This document shows, one piece after another, positions 1-7,076 of a stretch of 12,282 nucleotides of DNA. This stretch comes from Promethearchaeota archaeon (lineage in GTDB: Archaea > Asgardarchaeota > Lokiarchaeia > Sigyniarchaeales > SOKP01), in NCBI GenBank assembly GCA_016926735.1, contig JAFGOA010000072.1:1-12282 (forward strand), written 5' to 3'. The number at the start of each line of letters is the position of its first letter. The first letter of the stretch is position 1. The position numbers and the translations under genes are program-made. Under the pieces are notes generated by a model. It was not told the origin of the DNA. It made no database searches and saw only the letters and a list, made by a program, of their open reading frames with translations.

Positions 1-6
1 AAATAT

Positions 7-36
7 AAAAGATTTTATAAAATATTAAAATCTTTT
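7..36. promoter_or_regulatory. 11-bp perfect inverted repeat overlapping a BRE/TATA-like element upstream of the Rab-like GTPase gene
   Basis: AAAAGATTTTA (7-17) and TAAAATCTTTT (26-36) are separated by 8 nt. TTTATAAA (14-21) is preceded by purine-rich AAAAGA. The AT-rich background raises the chance of coincidence. Confidence 0.35.
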
Positions 37-97
37 TCAAATGATATACCATTTTATTTTTAAATTAAAATTGTTATTTTAAGGGATTTATTCTTCG

Positions 98-625
98 ATG
101 AATCAATTAGCGCTTAAATTAATCACAATAGGGGATGGAGGAGTTGGAAAGACTACATTACTTCATAGATATGTTGAGGGTAATTTTGTAGATACTACAA
201 CAATGACAATTGGAGTGGAATTTCTTGTTAAAGAAATACAAATAGGCGATACGTTATGTCAATTAAATTTATGGGATATTAGTGGTCAAGAACGTTTTTT
301 TTTTATGGTTGATAAATATATGCGAGGTGCAAGTGGAGCACTATTATTATTTGATATAACTAGCATGAGAAGTTTTGTGAATTTAGGAAAATGGGTAAAA
401 ATTGTAAGAGAACATAATACGTTACAAGAGGACATACCAATTGTTCTAATCGCTGCTAAATGTGATTTAGAGGAATTCTCAATGGTAGGTGATGTACTTG
501 CTAAAAAAGCTCAAGAAAAGATAAATTTAACAGATTATATTAAAACATCCTCAAAATCGGGGCTGAATGTGGATTTATCGATTGAAACATTAGTGAAAAA
601 TATACTTGAAAAACGAGAATCATAA
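98..625 (+). CDS. Rab-like small GTPase (Ras superfamily), 175 aa
   Basis: G1 GDGGVGKT, G2/RabF1-like TIGVEF, G3 WDISGQE, RabF4-like YMRGASG, G4 variant AKCD, G5 TSSK. It has no C-terminal Cys prenylation motif. AAGGGA lies at 81-86 upstream. Confidence 0.95.
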   Translation: MNQLALKLITIGDGGVGKTTLLHRYVEGNFVDTTTMTIGVEFLVKEIQIGDTLCQLNLWDISGQERFFFMVDKYMRGASGALLLFDITSMRSFVNLGKWVKIVREHNTLQEDIPIVLIAAKCDLEEFSMVGDVLAKKAQEKINLTDYIKTSSKSGLNVDLSIETLVKNILEKRES

Positions 626-689
626 AAAATATATTAGTTTTGGCTCTTAAAGATAAGATTAAAACCTTTATAACGCGTTAAGTTATATC

Positions 690-1655
690 TTAAGAATTTA
701 TCAATACAATAACTTTAGATAAACTGAGAATAATAATTAATATAGTAAAAGCAATAAAACCAACAAGAAAAAATAATGGATTTCCTTTTTCTTTTTCGGG
801 AATAATTTCTCGAATAATTGTATATAAGATTACCCCAGAAATAAATGAAAATAAGATATACATAAGTTCTAAGTTTACATTAAAAAATATAACAACGAGA
901 AAACCAATTCCAATTCCTATAAGCGGTGATGAGCATAATATTAGCTTATTAGAATGAGTTTCTTCATAATCAAAATTAATATCTAAATCTGTAAAGATTG
1001 TATGTTTACCTATAAGTCTATTTGAAATGATGATTCTGAATAATGCAAATATATAAAATAATATAGCATCAACCAACTCAATAAAAATTAAGCTAATCAA
1101 AATTAATCCAACAAGAAAATGGTATAGAAAATTAGTAAAAAATCTTAGTTCTTCTATATTTTTATTAACATGATCATGGATTTTCTTTTTCAATTGGTTT
1201 ATTTGGAATTTTATTGAAGTACCTTGATTATGAAGATCTGTTACTACACTCCCGAGGTCTTTAAGCACCTCAATATCCAATTTTTCGTTCATTATTTCTC
1301 TATTAATTATATTTTCAATATTATCCTCAACAGTATTTAAATTCTTTTCCATATTTATCAACTTTCTAACCTTTTTCTGAGCATTACTCTCAACTCTTTG
1401 AAGAATAAATTTCTCACTTACATGCATAAAAGAGAATCCAATCAATACAAAAAGATATTCTAAAAATTCTAAGCCCAAAGGGTATTCAGGTATTTTTTTC
1501 GAGATTTCTGGTAGTACTACTAAGAAGAAATAAGAAACGGAGATACCTGCAATTAAAGATATTGGTAAAATAGGATGTTTATGATCATAATAATCAGAAA
1601 TAAAAAAAGTAATGCCAAATATTAATACTATAAAAAATAAATAATAATTTTCCAT
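690..1655 (-). CDS. ZIP (Zrt/Irt-like) family-related multi-pass membrane protein with a long coiled-coil loop, 321 aa
   Basis: About 8 hydrophobic segments. ZIP-like TM2 motif AGISVSYFFLVVLPE, TM3 GFSFMHVSEK, and C-terminal FISGVILYTIIREIIPE followed by a final TM. TM4/TM5 metal ligands are degenerate. Confidence 0.7.
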   Translation of the reverse strand: MENYYLFFIVLIFGITFFISDYYDHKHPILPISLIAGISVSYFFLVVLPEISKKIPEYPLGLEFLEYLFVLIGFSFMHVSEKFILQRVESNAQKKVRKLINMEKNLNTVEDNIENIINREIMNEKLDIEVLKDLGSVVTDLHNQGTSIKFQINQLKKKIHDHVNKNIEELRFFTNFLYHFLVGLILISLIFIELVDAILFYIFALFRIIISNRLIGKHTIFTDLDINFDYEETHSNKLILCSSPLIGIGIGFLVVIFFNVNLELMYILFSFISGVILYTIIREIIPEKEKGNPLFFLVGFIAFTILIIILSLSKVIVLINS

Positions 1656-1868
1656 GATTCTTTAAGCAGAATAACTATTAGATATACCATAACATATTTT
1701 TAATTGGTAATTTCTATTGAGAAATTTTTTGAAATATCGATACTAATTAGTATATATTATTAATCTAATAATTATAGGTTCTATCATTTTAATCTTTTTT
1801 AGTATATTAAATATTTTTAAATTCATTTATTTTTTTAGATTTATCATTATTTTTTTAAAATAATAATT

Positions 1869-2783
1869 ATGACTAGATTTTTTATAATCTCTTCTTCAGA
1901 AGATAAAGCTTCTATTAATATAAGGAATAATTTTATTAATTCTAATATTTTCAATTTTGAAGTAACTAATTATGATTGGGAAGGAAATGCGATTCAACAA
2001 TTAAAATCTATTTCATATTTAGATAATAACAAATCGAAATTTCTGGAGAATAATGAAATCTTTTTAGGATTAACAGATAAACCTTTAGTTTTCCTCAATG
2101 ATATCAATTTTCAAGAAAAAATAATAGATCCCGACATTTTAATAATTGCAAGTAGACATGTTTCCAAAACAGAAAGACCTGCATTTTTAATACACCCAAC
2201 AGGAGTATGGAATGATAATACAGATTTTGGAGGATCTCCAAAACAACTCTCTTATACTAGTGCAATATTGCTAAAAGCTGGTTATCTTTCAATAAAAAAG
2301 ACCGTAAATGATTCAGAAATGTCAACTTATTCTTCAGATTTAGAAGTGTCGCATCATGGACCAACTAACCTTGATAAACCATTAGTTTTTATGGAGCTTG
2401 GAAGTAAATTAAAGGAATGGAATAATATAATTGCAGGTAAAATAATTGCCTTATCAATAATGAGAACTCTGATAAAATATGAGAGGTTAAAACTTGAAAA
2501 TTCCCAAGAAATAGGAGTTGGTTTTGGTGGAACACACTATGCTCCTCAATTTCAGAAATTAATAGAAAAAAAAGATATTTCAGTAGCACATATATGTCCA
2601 AAATATTTTATTTCTTCTTTAAATAAAGATTTAATTGATCAAATGATTGATAAATGCATCGAAAATGTCAATTATTTTATAGTAGATTGGAAAGGTCTAA
2701 ATTCAGAAGATAAAAAGTATCTTCTTCCTATGTTGGAGGAATATGATATTCCTACTAAGAAAATAAAAGATTTTTCTAAATAA
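1869..2783 (+). CDS. dtdA: D-aminoacyl-tRNA deacylase, archaeal/plant DTD2 (GEK1) type, 304 aa
   Basis: Family motifs: S..D.AS.NI at the N-terminus, IIASRH, HPTG, LEVSHHGPT, FMELGS, GFGGTHYAPQF, HICPKY, VDWKG. Confidence 0.93.
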   Translation: MTRFFIISSSEDKASINIRNNFINSNIFNFEVTNYDWEGNAIQQLKSISYLDNNKSKFLENNEIFLGLTDKPLVFLNDINFQEKIIDPDILIIASRHVSKTERPAFLIHPTGVWNDNTDFGGSPKQLSYTSAILLKAGYLSIKKTVNDSEMSTYSSDLEVSHHGPTNLDKPLVFMELGSKLKEWNNIIAGKIIALSIMRTLIKYERLKLENSQEIGVGFGGTHYAPQFQKLIEKKDISVAHICPKYFISSLNKDLIDQMIDKCIENVNYFIVDWKGLNSEDKKYLLPMLEEYDIPTKKIKDFSK

Positions 2784-2795
2784 AATTTATATTTT

Positions 2796-3665
2796 TTAAG
2801 CTGAATCCTCTTTTATTTTCTCATAATATTTTACTAGATTCTTAAAAACAAATTCAGTAGGTCCAAATCCTTGAGTAGCTGATCTTGATAGAACTTTTTG
2901 CAGGAAATCTCTATATTCCATATCCATACCAGGAGTTATATTTAATTCTCTAATGTTATAAAAACTTCGCCAAAAATTTGTTGGCCAAAGAATCATTTGA
3001 TAGAGATCTTTATTATAGATTTTCTCTCCTTCTTCACTTAATTTTATTTCTGTTTTAAGTCTATAGTAGAGACCTCCATCTTGTTCTTCAATAGATATAA
3101 TACCATCTATTTCAATTTCTTTCATTACATTATGTATATTTTCGAGGGTTAATTCATTGTCAAAGATCTTATTCATATTATCAAGAATGCTTTTATCATT
3201 CTGACCTTTCAGTTTTAATAATACATAATTTCGTGCAATTACATTGTATTTTAAAGGAATGGTTTGATGATCTAATTTATTATATTGAATTAGATTACCC
3301 AATACTTCCTTTGCAACCAAATATTTTATTTTTAATTGATCTTCTTCTGAATATTGTTGCTTAAAATCACTACTATTAAAATATAAATTATATAATGTTT
3401 CTGTCAACACTTTAATGGAATAAAATCCATCAATAACTGCTTGAGATACAATTTTTAGAGTATTGATTCTATTATCAATATCTCCTAAAAATTTTTCAGT
3501 ATCAACGGGAATTATTCTTACTAAATGAGGTTTGATATTAACACCACCAAGAAAATCATTCCATTTTTGTTGAAATCTAAAAGTTTGTGATTTTGAAAGA
3601 CTTGATAGTTTTTTAACAATTTCAAGGAGTTTATTTAAGAAATCTTTTTTAGAGAGTTCTGTCAT
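2796..3665 (-). CDS. Hypothetical protein with a probable internal winged helix-turn-helix, 289 aa
   Basis: Long ORF in very AT-rich DNA. Residues ~140-205 show a helix-helix-helix-beta-hairpin pattern (LTLENIHNVMKEIEIDGIISIEEQDGGLYYRL). I do not recognise the family. Confidence 0.75.
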   Translation of the reverse strand: MTELSKKDFLNKLLEIVKKLSSLSKSQTFRFQQKWNDFLGGVNIKPHLVRIIPVDTEKFLGDIDNRINTLKIVSQAVIDGFYSIKVLTETLYNLYFNSSDFKQQYSEEDQLKIKYLVAKEVLGNLIQYNKLDHQTIPLKYNVIARNYVLLKLKGQNDKSILDNMNKIFDNELTLENIHNVMKEIEIDGIISIEEQDGGLYYRLKTEIKLSEEGEKIYNKDLYQMILWPTNFWRSFYNIRELNITPGMDMEYRDFLQKVLSRSATQGFGPTEFVFKNLVKYYEKIKEDSA

Positions 3666-3771
3666 ACAATGTGAACCTAAAATTAAGTTTGTAATTATAA
3701 AATAATATATTTTTAATAAATATTAGTTTAGTTATTTAATGTTTAAAATTCATTGTAAATAAATATAGAAT

Positions 3772-4959
3772 TTAAGTGAGATTTTCTAATATCTTGAGAA
3801 CTGTTGCAACTTGATCATCGTTTATAACTAAAGGAGGTAGAATTCTAATGGTAGATAATCCAGAATTCAATAATAACAAAAAGTTATCTTGAGCCTTTTT
3901 AATTAATTCTCTTACTTTCATTCTATAATCGATTCCAATCATTAATCCTTTACCTCGAACTTCTCTTATTAATTTATTATTATTTTCTGCTAATTCTTTA
4001 AGAAAATTAAACATTTTTTTGCCTTGTTTTGCTGAATTTTCAACCAATTTCTCTTGTTCTATAATTTCTATAGTTACATTTGCAGCCGCACATACAAATG
4101 GATTTCCTCCAAATGTAGTAAAATGCTCACCAATTTGTATTTTATTAAATAATTCTTCAGATGAAATAGTAGCACCCATAGGTAGCCCTCCAGCTATTGC
4201 TTTTGCCATACATACTATATCAGGGACAATCTCATAATGCTCATAAGCAAAAAGTTTTCCAGTTCTTCCGAAACCTGTTTGAACTTCATCATCAATCAGA
4301 ATAAGATTTTTTTCATTACATAATTCCTTTAATTCTCTTACAAAATCATAAGGTGCAGGATATACACCACTTTCCCCTTGAACTAGTTCAATGATAACTG
4401 CTATTGTATTTTCATTTATTAAATCTTTAACTGAATCTATATCTCCAAAGGAAGCAAATTTAACATTTGGTGTTAACCAAGAGAGAAATGGTTTTCTATA
4501 TCTTAGATTAAAGGTCATATTTAAAGCTCCTAAAGTTCTCCCATGAAATGCTCTCTTAAATGCAATTATCTCTGGTTTTTTTTTATCTCTATTTACAGCA
4601 AGCGCTAACTTTAGAGCCGCTTCTACAGCTTCTGTTCCACTATTAGAGAGAAAAGTTTGATTTAGGGATTTTGGAGTAATTTCAGATAATTTCTTAAGCA
4701 GATTATATCTAACTTCATTGGGATATCCTGGCGGAATCATAATCAAATCATCCAATTGTTTTTTTAGAATTTCAATATATTTTGGATGAGAATGCCCAAT
4801 ATTTAATACAGCATGCCCTGTTTCACAATCAATATATTCATTTCCTTTATTATCATAGAGGATTGCACCTTTACCTCTCGTTATAATAAAATCTTTTTTT
4901 TGAAATAATTTTGAATGATAATATTGTTCAAAATTAATCATATTCATATTATTTGACAT
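3772..4959 (-). CDS. Class III PLP-dependent aminotransferase, ArgD/LysJ-like (acetylornithine or [LysW]-aminoadipate-semialdehyde transaminase), 395 aa
   Basis: SGTEAVEAALK, FHGRT, ELVQGESG, DEVQTGFGRTG, PLP lysine in MAKAIAGG, TTFGGNP, VRGKGLMIG, IRILPPL. ArgD versus LysJ cannot be resolved by eye. The start could be Met1, Met5 or Met7. Confidence 0.9.
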   Translation of the reverse strand: MSNNMNMINFEQYYHSKLFQKKDFIITRGKGAILYDNKGNEYIDCETGHAVLNIGHSHPKYIEILKKQLDDLIMIPPGYPNEVRYNLLKKLSEITPKSLNQTFLSNSGTEAVEAALKLALAVNRDKKKPEIIAFKRAFHGRTLGALNMTFNLRYRKPFLSWLTPNVKFASFGDIDSVKDLINENTIAVIIELVQGESGVYPAPYDFVRELKELCNEKNLILIDDEVQTGFGRTGKLFAYEHYEIVPDIVCMAKAIAGGLPMGATISSEELFNKIQIGEHFTTFGGNPFVCAAANVTIEIIEQEKLVENSAKQGKKMFNFLKELAENNNKLIREVRGKGLMIGIDYRMKVRELIKKAQDNFLLLLNSGLSTIRILPPLVINDDQVATVLKILENLT

Positions 4960-5055
4960 AACAGAATTTTAACCTTTTTTGCTTTAATTAATAATAATTA
5001 AAATTTTTAAATCCATTAATTCTTATTGATTTTAAGACCTATTCTAAACTAAAAA

Positions 5056-5286
5056 ATGAATAATGATAAATCTAAAATTATATCATTTGGAACTAATATT
5101 GAAGAGGAAAATTTCGAGATTCTAATATTATTAGAGAATCTTTTGACAATTAACAAAAAACTAAAAATTTAGCAGAAAAAATCGTTTTAAGAAAACTCCA
5201 ATATATATCTTGACTAGGGTTAGAATATTCATATCCTAAAAGCTTTAGAAGATATTCTATGTTTAATAGAAATCAAAAAGATATAG
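5056..5286 (+). pseudogene. Probable decayed fragment of a GlmS-like (SIS domain) gene
   Basis: A 38-aa ORF spans 5056-5172. After frameshifts at A-runs the sequence reads KNLAEKIVLRKLQYIS*LGLEYSYP (5163-5237) and then ALEDILCLIEIKKI* (5242-5286). This resembles the GlmS consensus ...LAEK....FLGRG..YP.ALEGALKLKEISYI. Confidence 0.45.
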
Positions 5287-5377
5287 TGATACAAAAATAC
5301 TGTAAAGTTTAAACGATCTTTATTATTAATATTAAATATAAATTAAGCAATTTAATTTCTTAACAAAAAAGAATAAT

Positions 5378-5758
5378 ATGCATATAGATCATTTTGCTGT
5401 TTGTGCTAATTCTGAAGAAGACAGTGATGTTTTTTTTATTCAATTATTAGGTTTGAATAAAATAAGAAATTTTCATGTTTCCTCAAATTTAATGAAAGAA
5501 TTTTTTGGAATAGAAAAAAATCAACAAATTATAAGATATGAGAACGAAGATTTATCTGCAGAGGTATTTATAACGGGAGATAATAGTAGCTCTAATGATT
5601 TATTAACCCATCAATGTTTGGTAGTAAATGAGAGAGATGAATTTCTTAATAGGGCTATTGAATTGGGATATAGGACAACGAAGGTAATGAGAGAAGAAAA
5701 TAATTCATATTACCTTTTTATTAGAGATGATTATGGAAATATATATGAAATTAAATAG
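5378..5758 (+). CDS. VOC (glyoxalase/bleomycin-resistance) family protein, 126 aa
   Basis: Paired beta-alpha-beta-beta-beta pattern: IDHFAV...FFIQLLGL, AEVF, THQCLVV, LFIRDDYGNIYEI. Putative metal ligands are H5, E62, H78 and E124. Confidence 0.88.
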   Translation: MHIDHFAVCANSEEDSDVFFIQLLGLNKIRNFHVSSNLMKEFFGIEKNQQIIRYENEDLSAEVFITGDNSSSNDLLTHQCLVVNERDEFLNRAIELGYRTTKVMREENNSYYLFIRDDYGNIYEIK

Positions 5759-5845
5759 TACTTTTAAAAATAAAACAAATCTTTTATTATACCATATTTT
5801 TATAATAATAATAAAGGCAAACCAGATCCAAAGGGAAGATTAAAC

Positions 5846-6640
5846 ATGTCTTGTATATACAAGTATAAGGTTTTAATTGGAGGATTGCAGAATCTAGGGA
5901 ACATACCTTTTTTAGAGAGTACTGATCTCGAGAAACGAGATTTTTTACATATAGGAATTTCAATTAAACCTATTGAATGTTTAACAAGCCTTGATGAATC
6001 ATATCTATTTATTTTTTGGTCTCTTAGTCGAGCAAAAAAATTTGAATTTATGAATTCTTCTTTTTGCTATGGTGCTCGTGGAGCAATTTTATGTCTTGAT
6101 AAATCTGATAGAAAATCATTAGAGGATGTTTATTATTGGATAGATCTCATCAGATCAACAATAACTCAAATACCAATAATAATAGTAGTTTATCAATCAA
6201 ATCCTGAACAAGATGAAATTTCTGAAGAGGAAACTAATAATATAATAAATAATCATGACTTAAAGCATTATAATTATCTCTCTCATAACAGAAATTTAAA
6301 CCAAATAAAAAAAAATGAATTTTTTAGATTTCTGATACTAAATTTAAGTTTAGATCCATCAGAATATAAAGAAGATTTTACAATAATTTTCCCTACAGAA
6401 GAAAAAAAATTTTTGCAGTTTTCAGATAACTATCTAATATGTCCAATATGTAAAAAGAAAAATCATATTCATAATCTAAAAGAATTTTATTATAGCAAAA
6501 ATCCTGAACTGGTGAAGATAAAAGAAAGATTTTTAGAAATTCAAGAACAAAAAACTGATACTAATAAGTTAATATTAGAAAGAGTTAAATTTGGTATCTT
6601 ATGTTGTAATTGTTATAAAACGTATTATAAAAAAATATAG
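5846..6640 (+). CDS. Degenerate Rab-like GTPase domain (pseudo-GTPase) fused to a C-terminal Cys4 zinc-binding module, 264 aa
   Basis: The scaffold is retained (YKYKVLIGG, IGISI, FIFW, FCYGARGAILCLD, SLEDVYYWIDLIR, IPIIIV) but G1, G3 and G4 are lost. The C-terminus carries CPIC (199-202) and CCNC (253-256). Confidence 0.8.
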   Translation: MSCIYKYKVLIGGLQNLGNIPFLESTDLEKRDFLHIGISIKPIECLTSLDESYLFIFWSLSRAKKFEFMNSSFCYGARGAILCLDKSDRKSLEDVYYWIDLIRSTITQIPIIIVVYQSNPEQDEISEEETNNIINNHDLKHYNYLSHNRNLNQIKKNEFFRFLILNLSLDPSEYKEDFTIIFPTEEKKFLQFSDNYLICPICKKKNHIHNLKEFYYSKNPELVKIKERFLEIQEQKTDTNKLILERVKFGILCCNCYKTYYKKI

Positions 6641-6658
6641 ATTATATTTAGCTAGCTT

Positions 6659-7075
6659 TTAATCAATAAATCCTGCTTCTTGTAAGATTTTTTTATGATC
6701 AAATGCTAGGGCCACTTTGGATAAATCATTTAAATGTATAAGTCTTATTTTTTTAGCATCATCCATTGCTTTAGGTTTTTTTATATAGTTTTTTGGTTCA
6801 CATAAAAAAGTTATAGAAACAGTATGTCCTCTTGGATCACGATTTGGATCAGAAAAAACACCGATCAGTTCAATAATTTTTACATCAATATTAGTTTCTT
6901 CTTTAGCTTCTCTAATACAAGCATTTTCTACAGATTCACCAAGATCTACAAAACCTCCAGGTAAGGCATATTCTCCTTTAAATGGAGGATTACCTCTTTG
7001 AATCAATACAATCTGCTCATCCTTATAAAGAATTATTGCATCAACTGCCAATAAAGGAGTGGTTGGTTTTGTCAT
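6659..7075 (-). CDS. Nudix hydrolase, ADP-ribose pyrophosphatase-like, 138 aa
   Basis: Nudix box GGFVDLGESVENACIREAKEETNI, plus the RDPRGH and LAFDH motifs of the archaeal ADPRase/NrtR-like subfamily. It starts 1 nt after the alaS stop (TAA-T-ATG). Confidence 0.93.
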   Translation of the reverse strand: MTKPTTPLLAVDAIILYKDEQIVLIQRGNPPFKGEYALPGGFVDLGESVENACIREAKEETNIDVKIIELIGVFSDPNRDPRGHTVSITFLCEPKNYIKKPKAMDDAKKIRLIHLNDLSKVALAFDHKKILQEAGFID

Positions 7076-7076
7076 A

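Noticed and set aside
669-687. TAACGCGTTA palindrome and TATAAC-N7-GTTATA between the convergent GTPase and ZIP-like genes
   Set aside because: The dyads are short and weak, and lie in a convergent 3' spacer. At most they contribute to termination and cannot be distinguished from chance.
2389-2601. 70-aa ORF on the minus strand
   Set aside because: It lies entirely antisense within dtdA and has no motifs; shadow ORF.
3051-3248. Winged helix as an ESCRT-II (Vps22/25/36)-like subunit
   Set aside because: Only one wHTH is apparent, there are no recognisable ESCRT motifs, and no ESCRT or ubiquitin genes are nearby.
4019-4237. 72-aa ORF on the plus strand
   Set aside because: It is an antisense shadow of the conserved aminotransferase core.
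5211-5213. In-frame TGA in the GlmS-like remnant as a possible selenocysteine codon
   Set aside because: Lokiarchaeia can encode Sec, but this TGA is flanked by frameshifts, is not in a redox motif, and has no evident SECIS-like hairpin nearby. Decay is the simpler explanation.
6602-6613. CCNC near the C-terminus of the pseudo-GTPase as a Rab-type prenylation signal
   Set aside because: It is 8 residues from the terminus and pairs naturally with the upstream CPIC as a zinc site.
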